In this document: piece by piece, positions 20,421 to 31,775 of the stretch | How positions within the stretch are numbered: the stretch's first letter is position 1 | Layout of the letters: every line of letters starts with the position of its first letter | Assembly (NCBI GenBank): GCA_963804955.1 | Contig: CAWDSQ010000007.1 | Coordinates: 496,183 to 560,182 of the forward strand | Length of the DNA stretch: 64,000 nucleotides | Direction: 5' to 3' | DNA from: an uncultured delta proteobacterium | GTDB taxonomy: Bacteria; Desulfobacterota; WTBG01; CAIYCZ01; CAIRTM01 | Translations under genes and position numbers: made by a program | The notes under the pieces: generated by a model | Databases searched by the model: none | Seen by the model: only the letters and a program-made list of their open reading frames with translations | What the model was told of the DNA's origin: nothing

Positions 20421-20454
20421 TTCTTTTGCAACTTGGATTTTAGAGGTTAACCCC

Positions 20455-21627
20455 ATGTCCATCCCGATCATATATAATATTCGCAGCGTGCGGGTCAGGT
20501 GGGTGTCAACGGCTGTTGCCGTATTCGGCATAGCCGGCGTCGTGTCGGTTTTTATCGCCATGCTTGCCATGGCGCAGGGATTTCAGGCAACGCTTGTCGC
20601 TTCGGGATCCCCCTATAATGCCATAATCCGGCGCGGCGGGGCCACATCTGAGATGGACAGCGCGCTGACTTCCGAACAGATCCGCATAGCAGCCGATGCC
20701 CCCGATGTCATGCGGGGTAAGGGCCGGCAGCCGCTGGTAAGCCCCGAGGTGGTAGTGATCGTCATGCTGCCGATACGCAATGGACAGACAAATGCCATGG
20801 TGCAGCTGCGCGGCGTCTCACAGCGCGCCCTTGATGTGCGAAGCGTCGTAAAAATCGGGCAGGGCAGATTTCTCAAGCCGGGCCTGACCGAGCTCGTCGT
20901 GGGCGCCAATGTCGCCCATGCTTACAAGGATTGCGAACTGGGGGGCAGGCCGTATTTCGGAGGCAGACAGTGGCATGTCGTGGGAGTGCTGGATGCCCAG
21001 GGCAGCGCCTTTGATTCAGAGCTCTGGGCCGATGCGATACTGCTGCAGCAGACCTACAAGCGGCCCGGCAATATTTTTCAGTCGGCGACCATCAGGCTCA
21101 CCTCGCCGGAAGCATTTTCCGACTTTACGAAATCCCTTGCCGGCGACCCGCGCCTGACGCTGCAGATCGACCGCGAGCGCGACTACTATGAACGCCAGTC
21201 CCAGGCCGTCACCACCATCATCCGGGTGCTGGGCGTGAGCGTGGCGCTGGTGATGGGCGTGGGGGCCATTTTCGGCGCGCTCAATACCATGTATGCATCG
21301 GTTGCCGCCCGCGCGCGCGAGATTGCTACGATACGGGCCATTGGGTTTGCCGAGTGGAGTATCGTCGCATCGTTTCTGATCGAGTCACTTTTTATTTCTT
21401 TCATCGGCGGGCTTGTCGGCTGCCTGGGGGTCATCCCCCTCAACGGCTACTCTACCTCCACTATCAACTGGCAGACATTTTCAAGCCTTGCTTTCGCTTT
21501 CGAAATAACCCCCCTGCTGCTGGGCCTGGGCATGCTGTTCGCTCTTGCCATGGGCCTTGTCGGCGGGCTGCCGCCCTCCATCCGCGCCGCACGAATGCCG
21601 GTTATTACCGCACTGCGGGAGCTGTGA
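20455..21627 (+). CDS. ABC transporter permease (MacB/FtsX), second copy
   Basis: ALNTMYASVAARAREIATIRAIGF and C-terminal TM helices. Confidence 0.92.
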   Translation: MSIPIIYNIRSVRVRWVSTAVAVFGIAGVVSVFIAMLAMAQGFQATLVASGSPYNAIIRRGGATSEMDSALTSEQIRIAADAPDVMRGKGRQPLVSPEVVVIVMLPIRNGQTNAMVQLRGVSQRALDVRSVVKIGQGRFLKPGLTELVVGANVAHAYKDCELGGRPYFGGRQWHVVGVLDAQGSAFDSELWADAILLQQTYKRPGNIFQSATIRLTSPEAFSDFTKSLAGDPRLTLQIDRERDYYERQSQAVTTIIRVLGVSVALVMGVGAIFGALNTMYASVAARAREIATIRAIGFAEWSIVASFLIESLFISFIGGLVGCLGVIPLNGYSTSTINWQTFSSLAFAFEITPLLLGLGMLFALAMGLVGGLPPSIRAARMPVITALREL

Positions 21628-21695
21628 GAATTGCGGATTAAAAAAATTTTCATTCAGCTGCATCATTCGTGCTGTAGCCTCAACAGCTTCAAACA

Positions 21696-22902
21696 ATGGC
21701 CCTCGCCTGCATATTTATGCTAGAGTATCAGCACTATGGAAGCAGCACGCTCAACAGTAGCGCCTCGCTTTCCGATATTTTTTTATCCTTTCTCCGGCTC
21801 GGCGCAACCGCATTCGGCGGCCCGGCCATCGTGCCCCAGATGCGCGTGATGGCTGTCGAACGGAATGGCTGGGTCGACGAGCAGACCTTTGACAGCGGCA
21901 ATGCAATGGCGCAGGTACTGCCCGGAGCAATAAGCGTGCAGGTTGCGGCCTATATCGGTCTGCAGATTCGGGGGCTTGCAGGCGCACTTGCCGCCTGCAC
22001 CGGCTATATTCTCCCGGCGTTTCTGCTGATGCTCGGCCTTTCAGTCCTGTATACGCGCTGGCATGATGCGGCGACGGCTGCTGCAGGATTCAGCGGCCTG
22101 CGAGCCGTGGTGATCGCGATTCTTGCACATGCGGCCTTTCTGACAAGCTGTGATTATATAAAAAATAAAACCGGCGCGGCAGTGGCGCTGCTGGCGGCGC
22201 TGTTGTTCGGCTTTCGCATAAACCCTGTTTTTGTGATTCTCGCGGCTGGGCTCGCCGGGCGGCTGGTGTTTGCCGCAGAGTGCCGCGAATCGTCTTCGGG
22301 CCTAAGGCAAGCACGGGCAAAGCTCTGGCCAACCGTGCTGCTTCTTGTCGCAGTTGCTGCAGGCTTTGTATTTTTATATCTGCTTGACGGGAAGCTGTTT
22401 TCGCTTGCCCTGCTCATGGCCAAGATCGATTTGTTTGCTTTTGGCGGAGGGTATACTTCGGTGCCGCTCATGTTTCATGAAATAGTTGAGGTGCGCGGCT
22501 GGCTTGATGGGAAAACGCTGCTTGACGGCATAGCCCTGGGGCAGCTCACCCCCGGCCCGATTGTGATTACCGCAACTTTTGTCGGCTATCTGCTCAAAGG
22601 TGTGGTCGGTGCGGCGGCAGCCACCATCTGCATATTTCTGCCGTCATTTCTTATGGTAGTCGTGCTCAGCCCGGTCATTGACCGGCTGCGCCACAAAAAG
22701 GGTTTTGACTGCTTCATTACCGGGATACTCTGTTCGTTTGTGGGGCTTTTAGTGAGCACGGTCTATCATTTCAGCCGCCATGTGGAATGGTCGTGGAGCC
22801 TGGGCCTGATTGCGGCTGCGGCCTTTTGCCGCTCTCTGTGCCCGGATTCCCATTCTGGTCGTATTGACTGCGGGCATTGCCGCGGCGGTTGTGCTACTGT
22901 AG
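21696..22902 (+). CDS. chrA: Chromate efflux transporter (long-chain ChrA); frameshift near 22825
   Basis: LGATAFGGP, AQVLPGA, FAFGGGY and GQLTPGP motifs; the alternate-frame C-terminus ends with TAG at 22902. Confidence 0.88.
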
Positions 22903-23119
22903 GGCTGCTGTGTACAGGGATCATTTTCCCTGCCATACGCTTTTACAATATATTTAATTTATTAAGGTTTATCAATGTTCTGCCGATATTTAAGAGATAG
23001 AATAGAGCCTTTGAATGGTAGTGATGAATATCCTTATTCCGGGTTGCCGTATCGCTTAAAATTTTTTGCACTGTACCGGCCGACGGAAATTCAAAAATTG
23101 ACGTAATAAAAGGGACCCC

Positions 23120-24558
23120 ATGAAAAAAAAAGCTACTCTTTCAACAAAAGTAAAGCTGATGAGTACGATATTTATCTGTCATTTTTTTCATATCCATATT
23201 GTTTTTATCGTTCAGTATTCAGCGGACAATAATGGAAGTAAAAATTAAAACATCACAAAAACTGGTCTATTCAGCTTATGCCCTTTTCAGCCAGTATGAT
23301 GAACTGGTCAAAAGCAAAGCACTGACGCTTGAGGAAGCTCAAAAAAGAACCGCACTGGCAATTAAAAACATGCAGCATAAGGAGCATGAAGGCTTCTGGC
23401 TGCTTGACAGCAGTGCTAAAATGATTGTGGAGCCAAACAAGCCGGAACTTGACGGGAAGGATATGAGCAGCTACAGGGATTCTCACGGTAAACTGGCTTT
23501 TGTTGACATGGTAAATCTCTGCAAAGCAAAGGGCGAAGGGGAGATCGAATATTATTTTCAAAAAACAGGCACTGACAAGCCTATTAAAAAAATTGCCTAT
23601 GTGCAGATGTTTGAGCCCTGGGGATGGATTCTGGGCAGCGGATTTTACGTTGATGATATATTCAATGACGTCGCACAAACAAGGAATATTTCTCTCACAA
23701 TAATCGCGCTGGTTTCAGTCGTTGTAAGTATCATGTTTTTCTGGCTCGGGCGCTCCGTTTCCGGGCCTGTCAATAAAGCCACGCACGGCCTTGCTCAGAT
23801 CGGCCTGGAGCTGCACTCGGCAGCCGAACAGTTTTCCGAATCAAGCCAGGTGCTGGCCCAGACTTCATCCGAGCAGGCCGCAGCGCTTGAGGAGACATCA
23901 TCATCGCTTGAAGAGCTCGCATCGATGACCAAACAAAATGCCGACAATGCCTCGCAGGCCGACATTCTCATGAAGGATGCCAGCCGGGTTATCAAAGAAG
24001 CGGAAGCATGGATGCTGGAGCTGACCAGATCCATGTCCGATATTTCCCGGTCAAGCGAGGAAATATCGGCGATCAATAAAACGATCGATGAAATAGCCTT
24101 TCAGACCAATCTGCTTGCCCTGAATGCCGCAGTGGAGGCTGCGCGGGCAGGTGAGGCAGGCGCCGGTTTTGCTGTTGTGGCCGATGAAGTACGCAATCTT
24201 GCCATGCGCTCTACAACCGCGTCCAAAAGCACGGCAGATCTCATTGAAACCACGGTCGGCAAAATTACCGCCGGAGTCGGAATTGATGGACAAAACCAAT
24301 CAGGCTTTTGGAGATGTATCGGACAAGTCATCACGCGTGGCGCAGCTTGTGGCGGAAATAGCCGCAGCAACCCAGGAGCAGGCACAGGGAATAACGCAGG
24401 TAAGCAAGGTCGTTGCCGAAATGGACAGAGTTACTCAGTCAAATTCCGCCAATGCCGAAGAGTCTGCCTCGGGTTCAGAGGAAATTAAATATAAAGCAGA
24501 TCACATGAAGCACTATATTGATGAACTGAGAGACATGGTCGGCGTCAAGCGCACCTGA
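23120..24558 (+). CDS. Methyl-accepting chemotaxis protein with single Cache domain, frameshifted
   Basis: Cache motif [10 protein letters not shown] and signalling hairpin [34 protein letters not shown]; the C-terminus is in ORF 24124-24558. Confidence 0.9.
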
Positions 24559-24937
24559 TCTCAGCCTCTGCTTAGTACAGAGAGCTCTTCCGCAATAAAA
24601 AAATACGCTGCAACGCAATCATGAATCCTTAAGATTACCCTTTAGGCACAATGCCGGACACGAACCTCCGAGTATCGGTCAATTCGAGGCCGGACAAAGC
24701 AAAGCATATCCGGCTGCAAAAAATGATTAAAGTATACTCGGTTTTTTTATCCAGCCCACGTTTTTTTCGCTTCCTGTATTGCGGAGTTTTGTACTGAACC
24801 GCATTGCTCTCCGCACGTGCACAACCAAAGCACTCAGACCGCATAATGAACAATCCCATTGAGCAGTATTCCGATGGCTCTGCCTCATGTGTCATGCCAA
24901 AGCACATAGCTTGATTTTGCAGCCTCAGACCAAAGAA

Positions 24938-25033
24938 AAGATAAGCCGTTCGTGGTGAGCGTGTCGAACCATGAACGGCTTATCTTTTAAGGCATTAACC
25001 CGTAAAGCCCTTCGACAGGCTCAGGGCGAACGG
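24938..25033. repeat. REP-like double hairpin element
   Basis: AAGATAAGCCGTTCGTGGTGAGCGTGTCGAACCATGAACGGCTTATCTT followed by CCCTTCGACAGGCTCAGGGCGAACGG. Confidence 0.7.
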
Positions 25034-25388
25034 ACAGAGCTTTCATTGTCGGATTGAAAATTTAGCAGAAGGATCTATTTTATCATCAAAATTTAAATAG
25101 CCTAAAAAAAATATTTCAAAATCATAAACTTTTTTATTGGTCGAAATGAGCCAATCACCTGTCTGCTTGATTGTTTCCTTGGTTCAATTTAGCCAATATT
25201 AGCGTGCTTATTTTTAGAAAAAAATCTCTATTTAGCTAAAAGAACTAGCCTTTTTGTTATGGCACTAAACCTGCAATAAGAACTGGCAAATAATTGCTCT
25301 GGAACGGATTTGAATACAGACTGAATGGAACCTGTGCGGATATGGATTTTTTAACAAAACAAACGCAACAAAAAATGGAGAAGACGTT

Positions 25389-26754
25389 ATGCGGCAAATA
25401 AAAAAAATACTGGTGGCCAACAGAGGTGAAATAGCGGTTCGAATACTGCGTGCAATTCGCGAGATGGGCTTGAAGTCGGCAGTGGTATATTCCGATGCAG
25501 ACAGTGACTCTATGGCGGTGCAGCTTGCAGACGAAGCCTATCATATCGGCTCCTCACCCGCGCGTGACAGTTATCTTAAAATAAAAAACATCATACAGGC
25601 GGCAAAGAGTGCGGGAGCAGATGCCATACACCCGGGCTACGGTTTTCTGGCCGAAAACGCAGTATTTGCCGAAGCTGTCAGAAGCAATAATATTATTTTT
25701 ATCGGCCCTTCCACTGAAGCAATCAAAACCATGGGCTGCAAGCTGCTCTCCCGCACCATGATGGAGCGCGCCGGCATACCCGTTGTGCCCGGAGCCATGG
25801 CTGCCATTAAAGACCGGGAGGACATGTTCGCCACGGCACGGCATATTGGTTTTCCTCTGCTTCTGAAAGCCTCCGGCGGCGGCGGCGGCAAAGGCATGCG
25901 CAGAGTCAACAGCGAGCAGGAGCTTGCCCGGGCCTATGAGCTGGCGCGCAGCGAATCGTTTTCAAGCTTCGGGACCAATACGATATACATGGAAAAATTC
26001 ATCCCCAACCCCCACCATATAGAAGTCCAGATTATGGCTGATATGCTGGGCACAACGGTAAGCCTGGGTGAGCGCGAATGCTCGGTGCAGCGGCGGTACC
26101 AGAAACTGCTGGAGGAATCGCCGTCACCTTTTATCGACCATGAAACCCGCGCCCGTCTTGCAAAAATTGCAATCATGGCTGCTAAAACCGTTCACTATGT
26201 CAATGCCGGAACTGTGGAGTTCATCGTCGATGATAACCGCAATTGCTATTTTCTTGAAATGAACACGCGGCTGCAGGTCGAGCATGCAGTAACCGAAATG
26301 GTGACGGGCATTGACATTGTAAAAGAGCAGATACGAATCGCCCGCGGCGAACCCCTGAGCTTTACGCAGGACCACATACAGCCCACAGGAACCTCTATCG
26401 AGTGCCGCATCTATGCCGAAGACCCCGATAATAATTTCATGCCATCGCCCGGCATGCTGCTTGACTACCGCGAGCCGGGAGGCAGCGGCGTGAGATCGGA
26501 CTCCGGGGTGTATACGGGCTCTGATATTTCCTTTCACTATGATCCGCTGATTTCCAAACTGGTCACCTGGGGCCGCACCCGCGACGAAGGCATCAGCCGC
26601 ATGAAGCGGGCTCTTGCAGAGTACCGGATTGAAGGCATTAAAACAAATATTCCGTATTTTTTTCAGAATACTTGAAAACGAGGAATTCCTTTCCGGCAAT
26701 TACACGACATCGCTCATTGACAACATGGGCGCTTATGCCGCAGGAAGGGCCTAG
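25389..26754 (+). CDS. accC: Biotin carboxylase (AccC-like); frameshift at the T-run near 26660
   Basis: KILVANRGEIA, IHPGYGFLAEN, GGGGKGMR, ERECSVQRR and EMNTRLQVEH motifs. Confidence 0.92.
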
Positions 26755-26827
26755 GGCATGACCGGCACGAACAGACCGGCAGCGGAGAAGCCTGCTTAAA
26801 AGAACTTCTGACAACATGGTTTTATCA

Positions 26828-26862
26828 AACGGCGGCGCATGAAGCCCTTGCTCCGCCGTTTG
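26828..26862. terminator. Hairpin between convergent genes
   Basis: AAACGGCGG...CCGCCGTTT inverted repeat. Confidence 0.5.
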
Positions 26863-26870
26863 ATTCTTCG

Positions 26871-27116
26871 TCAGGCGAAAAAATCTTTTACAATATTTTC
26901 GATAATCGGCCAGGGCGCAAGGGCCGGCTTTTTCGTGATCGTCACGGTCACCTGACCGCCGTCCACCGAATAATTTCCCTCAACACCCCTGCCTGAAAAG
27001 ATGCCGGCTTTTCCGTCCCCGTCAAGCGTTGCGCCCATAGCCTCAACGGCCGAACGGGTGTTTTCCAGAAAATTATCATCCTCCGGCGGAATCGTAACGG
27101 TAAATGTTCTGCACAT
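26871..27116 (-). CDS. Small hypothetical protein
   Basis: 81-aa ORF with a GGGGGAAG RBS-like sequence and plausible composition. Confidence 0.65.
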   Translation of the reverse strand: MCRTFTVTIPPEDDNFLENTRSAVEAMGATLDGDGKAGIFSGRGVEGNYSVDGGQVTVTITKKPALAPWPIIENIVKDFFA

Positions 27117-27286
27117 AATCTTCCCCCTGAAAACTGTTTATGTCCGTCTGTGCCCCTTGCATCCTCTGCACAGAAACCATCGCTATCAAAAGTTATGCCG
27201 TCAAAAAAAGCAGGCCGCATATGTCGCTTTTTCGCTTATATCCGTGCAGCGTGAAACCAAAAAGCACGAAGTGTTTGAGTCGCTTT

Positions 27287-30200
27287 TTATGCGGTTGATT
27301 GCCGATTTGCCAGAACAGCCTGCAGGGTCGCGGCAATTTCACGCATATTATAGGGCTTCATGACAAATGCGCGTATGCCGGCCGCCTGTGCCTGCTCTTC
27401 AGAAATCTGGCTGCTGAACCCGGTACATAAAATAATGGGGATGTCCGCCCGAATGCGGAGAAACTCTTGCGCCAGCTCATACCCGGTCAAATACGGCATG
27501 GTGAAGTCCGTAATGACCGCATCAAAGCTCTGCGGATCTGCCGTAAATGTCTTCAACGCCTCCGGGCTGCTGGTGCTGCTGACAACACTGTATCCCAGTG
27601 TCTTCAGTATGGTTGTTCCCAAATCAACAAGCATTTCCTCATCATCAATTAAAAGGACCGTTCCCCCGCCGCTCCGCGGAATTTCGGGCAGCGCTTCAGG
27701 TTTTTCAACAAATTCCCCTGAAACGTGCGGGATGAGCACATAAAATGTTGCTCCTTTTCCCGGCCGGCTGTATGCGGTGATTGAGCCGCCATGGTCTTTG
27801 ACAATACCGTGCGCAACGGCAAGCCCCATGCCCGTACCCTTACCGACATCCTTTGTTGTAAAAAAAGGATCAAAAATGCGCTGCATATGCCGGGGCTCTA
27901 TGCCGGAGCCCGTATCGCGCACCATAATACGCACATAGCGGCCGGGGGCGGCATCCGGATAGCGATTCCGATTACGGGCATCAAGCTGCATCGATGAAAC
28001 TTCGATTTCCAGCACCCCCCCACCGGCTTCCATGGCCTGCGCCGCGTTTGTACAGAGATTGATGATAACCTGGTGGATGCGCGTGGGGTCTGCCTCTGCA
28101 ATATGCGCATCGGCAGGCACACTGGTTTTCAAATCAATCGTTGTGGGAACTATGGCGCGCAGGAGCTTTACCGCTTCATTGACAATTATGCACATATCCA
28201 CCGGCCTGCGCTCCTGATCCTGCCTCCGGCTGAAGGCCAGAATCTGACGCACGAGATTCCGCGCCCGTTCGCTGGCCTTGAGTATCTGGTCGACATTACC
28301 GGCAGCGGGAGCTTCCGGCGGAAGCTCTAAAAGCGCCAGCTCGGCATTACCCACAATTGCAGCGAGGATATTGTTGAAGTCATGAGCAATACCACCGGCA
28401 AGCGTGCCTATCGCCTCCATTTTCTGTGACTGGCGAAGCTGTTCTTCCATCTGCCTGCGCTGGGTAATGTCCTGCATCGAGGCAATGACAAAACGAACCC
28501 GCCGGTCCTGCTCCCGAAAGCAGGCTGTGGCAAGGTGAACCCAGAGAATATCGCCGTTTTTTTGGACATACCGCTTGTCCAGCTCGTAGGTATCAATCTC
28601 TCCGGCTATCATCCTGTCAAACTGCTCCATCGATCCGGCCACGTCAACCGGATAGGTCATGTCATCCCAGGTTTTTTCATAAAACTCTTCTTCCGTGTAG
28701 CCGAGCATGCTGCACAGTCTCCGGTTAACGCGCAGCCAGACCCTGTCAACAGAGATGATGGCAATACCGATATTGCCCAGTTCGAACTGAGCGCGAAAAA
28801 AGGCTTCGCGTTCACCCAGTTTCTCTTCCATTTCCCTGCGCTTGGTGATATCTTCCGTCACCTCAATAAAACCGGTGACGGCGCCGTTTTCAAAAACAGG
28901 AAATGCCCTGACATTGGAGTCAAACCTGCTCCCGTCACTGCGAGCAGCCTGCCTCTCGAGTTGCGCCATGGCGCCGGTTTTCATCGCCGCGGCGCCCGGA
29001 CAGCCGGGGCACCCATAGCCAAGTTTTTCAAATTCGGCATAACAGAATTTGCCGGTATAATACTCTGCAGGCTTGCCATACATCTCGGCGCATTTGCGAT
29101 TGACCATGATTATTCTGTAGTTTGTGTCAATCAGGGCTATGCCCAGCTCAATATGCTCAACCAGCGAACGATAGCGCTCTTCGCTTTCCCGCAGCGTATG
29201 CTCGCTTGCCTTCAGCTGCTGCATATGAGCCTCAATCTGCTGATTCAGGGACTGCAGGGTCTGCTCGCGCGCCCGCAATATGCCATTTGCGTTTTCCAGC
29301 TCTTCCTGGGCATGCCGCCGCTCAGCGATTTCCCGGGAAAGATCCTGCTGCTGTCTGAAAAAGCTTATAATAAGACGTGCGAAATCACCATATTCTGTTT
29401 TCTGTTTTTGCAGCCGCGCAAGAGGTTCTGCATCACGTGCAGCAAGGCTTCTTGAGAGCCTTCTCAGCGGCAGCTGCACCCAGCCTGCAAAGGCTATAAA
29501 AAGCACGGTCAGAATTATGCTGAGAAATGCCAGCAGCTGCAGGAACTGGCCTCTGGCGGAGCGGGCAAGCTCACGCAGCACAGGAACTTCGCTGCGAACT
29601 GAAAGCTCGGCCAGTGGCTTCTCATCCCAGGAGTAAAAAATGCGGGAAAAGCTTATGGCTCCTTTGGCCAAATCAAAGGAAGGCGGCGGAACCGCAACCC
29701 CGGAAGTAATCGGACGAAGCATGATCCTGCTTTCCGTCAGCGCGGAAAGCTCATCGATATAGATATCGTTCCAGAGACGGCCTATGAAAAGGAAACCGCG
29801 GGGGGGGCTTTTGCGCTCCCAGTCATCCCTGGGCTGAACAGGCGCACAGCGCACTTCGAGCATGCCCCCGTCAAACGGCACGAAAAAATGATGGAAATAG
29901 CGCTGCCCCAGCAGCTGCGGCAGCGCCTGACGCGGGACGGGCAGTTCGCGCAGGTGCATCCCTTCGGCAAACGATACAGCATACACGCAGGTAAAACTGC
30001 TGTCGTAAATCCATGCCCCGCTCAGCTGAAAGCTTGGCAGAAAGCTGGCAAGACGTTCGTCGGCCCAGGCCTTCTCGGGCTTTTGCATAAAAGCAAAAAA
30101 ATCATCACGGCTGGAAAAATCATAAACAAAAGCCTCAAAGGGAGCTCCTTCAAGCTTTATATTGCGGTCAAAGGCCGTATTTTTGCTGTTGACATTAATG

Positions 30201-30313
30201 CTTAAAAGAAGCTCTGCCTGCTGCTGGGCGGAGCGCTGGACATAGAGCGCCCACACCACAAAAAGTGCGGCAATCGCGAACAGCACGGCCATCAGCCGGG
30301 TTGTTATTTTCAT
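27287..30313 (-). CDS. Hybrid sensor kinase (periplasmic CHASE4-like domain, 2 PAS, HisKA, HATPase, receiver)
   Basis: QSQKMEAIGTLAGGIAHDFNN, FDPFFTTK, GTGMGL and receiver motif VITDFTMP. Confidence 0.95.
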   Translation of the reverse strand: MKITTRLMAVLFAIAALFVVWALYVQRSAQQQAELLLSINVNSKNTAFDRNIKLEGAPFEAFVYDFSSRDDFFAFMQKPEKAWADERLASFLPSFQLSGAWIYDSSFTCVYAVSFAEGMHLRELPVPRQALPQLLGQRYFHHFFVPFDGGMLEVRCAPVQPRDDWERKSPPRGFLFIGRLWNDIYIDELSALTESRIMLRPITSGVAVPPPSFDLAKGAISFSRIFYSWDEKPLAELSVRSEVPVLRELARSARGQFLQLLAFLSIILTVLFIAFAGWVQLPLRRLSRSLAARDAEPLARLQKQKTEYGDFARLIISFFRQQQDLSREIAERRHAQEELENANGILRAREQTLQSLNQQIEAHMQQLKASEHTLRESEERYRSLVEHIELGIALIDTNYRIIMVNRKCAEMYGKPAEYYTGKFCYAEFEKLGYGCPGCPGAAAMKTGAMAQLERQAARSDGSRFDSNVRAFPVFENGAVTGFIEVTEDITKRREMEEKLGEREAFFRAQFELGNIGIAIISVDRVWLRVNRRLCSMLGYTEEEFYEKTWDDMTYPVDVAGSMEQFDRMIAGEIDTYELDKRYVQKNGDILWVHLATACFREQDRRVRFVIASMQDITQRRQMEEQLRQSQKMEAIGTLAGGIAHDFNNILAAIVGNAELALLELPPEAPAAGNVDQILKASERARNLVRQILAFSRRQDQERRPVDMCIIVNEAVKLLRAIVPTTIDLKTSVPADAHIAEADPTRIHQVIINLCTNAAQAMEAGGGVLEIEVSSMQLDARNRNRYPDAAPGRYVRIMVRDTGSGIEPRHMQRIFDPFFTTKDVGKGTGMGLAVAHGIVKDHGGSITAYSRPGKGATFYVLIPHVSGEFVEKPEALPEIPRSGGGTVLLIDDEEMLVDLGTTILKTLGYSVVSSTSSPEALKTFTADPQSFDAVITDFTMPYLTGYELAQEFLRIRADIPIILCTGFSSQISEEQAQAAGIRAFVMKPYNMREIAATLQAVLANRQSTA

Positions 30314-30316
30314 GCC

Positions 30317-31567
30317 TCAGTATCCATACTTCTGGAGATAGTCTATTTTAAACATGCTCTGCGGCAGATCAACGCCGAATTCAATTTTTGCGGTTGCCAG
30401 TGTTGCATGCGTGCGCTGCACATCAATCATCTGGTTGGCGGAAAAATAATTCACCTCTGTGCCGCCATAGCCTTGCGCCACATACCCGAACTGGTCAAGC
30501 ACCTTCCAGAGCTTTCCCTCCCGGTCAAACCGGTCGGAATAGAGTATCTGCCAGGTTTCGGGATCAAGATACCAGATCATTTTGCTGTAGAGAAAATTGG
30601 GCTCGCGGTTCACCGCCTCTATCACATGTGCCTTGATGCGCTCGCGCTGAACACCTGACCACAGGCACTCTCCCCGTGTATGCTCAAGCTTGTCCGCGTC
30701 ATTGTGGCGGGCAAGAAGCAGCTCTTTTGCGCCCATATACGTGTAGGTATTGAAGGAAATCGGCCCGTCCCAGCCCATATTGTCAAATCCGCAATAATCA
30801 GCCCCGCCCTGGGCATCCTGCCGCTCGCTTGTGGAGCGCCGCCGCACGCGCCTGATGGTCGGATTCCATATCCATGAATCATAGGCTTTCATCCGGTCTT
30901 TATAATGCAGTTCCAGAATCCGCAGGTTTCTCGTTTCGGGAGGCTGGATCTGCAGCATTGAAAATGCCCGCCATATCTGGGCCGGATTGTCCTGCAAATC
31001 GGGAACAGGAGGCTTGTCTGTTCTTCCTGAAAAGAACAGCATGTTATTGTGGATTTCAAGACTCATATCGTACTTGAGCCTGCCGTCGACAATATAGCCC
31101 TGCTCCGACGTTTTATTTGAATCGCCGGCTGAACGGGTGCGGAAGTTATGAGCCATCTCGGCGGCATTCTTTGTTTCGGGAAACGGAACACCGGAGACAT
31201 AATTGAGGATCTCGCCGGTTTTATCAAGTTTTGCAAGGCCATAATATTTTTTGGTACAGGCACTATTTCCCGGCGTTGGCAGAATCTGGCGATAGGGCAC
31301 GATGAGAAACCAGGATGTGCCCCAGCGCTTTTCATCCTTTATAAGATTATAAAGGCTTTCCGGCACAAATTGCTTGATTTCATCCACATTGCCGCTGGTG
31401 ATTTTCTCCCCGGACCATGTCTTCTCCCAGGAGCGCACAGAGGCAAGCTCATCCCCGCTGTAGCATGCTTTCGGATACACAAGCTCCGCAGCATGGCAGG
31501 AAACATGCGCCATAAAAACCCAGACCGCACAGCAGACAACACTTTTTAGAAATATATGGGCGGGCAT
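30317..31567 (-). CDS. DUF1329 family exported protein
   Basis: Signal peptide; KITSGNVDEIKQFVP, SGVPFP, WIWNPTIRRVRR and YSKMIWYLDPETWQ...FDREGKLWK. Confidence 0.8.
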   Translation of the reverse strand: MPAHIFLKSVVCCAVWVFMAHVSCHAAELVYPKACYSGDELASVRSWEKTWSGEKITSGNVDEIKQFVPESLYNLIKDEKRWGTSWFLIVPYRQILPTPGNSACTKKYYGLAKLDKTGEILNYVSGVPFPETKNAAEMAHNFRTRSAGDSNKTSEQGYIVDGRLKYDMSLEIHNNMLFFSGRTDKPPVPDLQDNPAQIWRAFSMLQIQPPETRNLRILELHYKDRMKAYDSWIWNPTIRRVRRRSTSERQDAQGGADYCGFDNMGWDGPISFNTYTYMGAKELLLARHNDADKLEHTRGECLWSGVQRERIKAHVIEAVNREPNFLYSKMIWYLDPETWQILYSDRFDREGKLWKVLDQFGYVAQGYGGTEVNYFSANQMIDVQRTHATLATAKIEFGVDLPQSMFKIDYLQKYGY

Positions 31568-31775
31568 AGTGGTTTTCCCCTTCAACGGTTATTCCTGTTC
31601 TAATAAATAATATATTTATATTTATATATATGGTCTTATTTCGAAAGCGTCAATACTGGCATGGAGAAATTATTAGCCTGACGAAAAAATTTCACCTGCC
31701 CGGGCAATGATGGCACATGCCCGTGAAGACTGCCTGAACAACGCAGGTGCAGGCATATCTGGCTGGAAACCGCAG

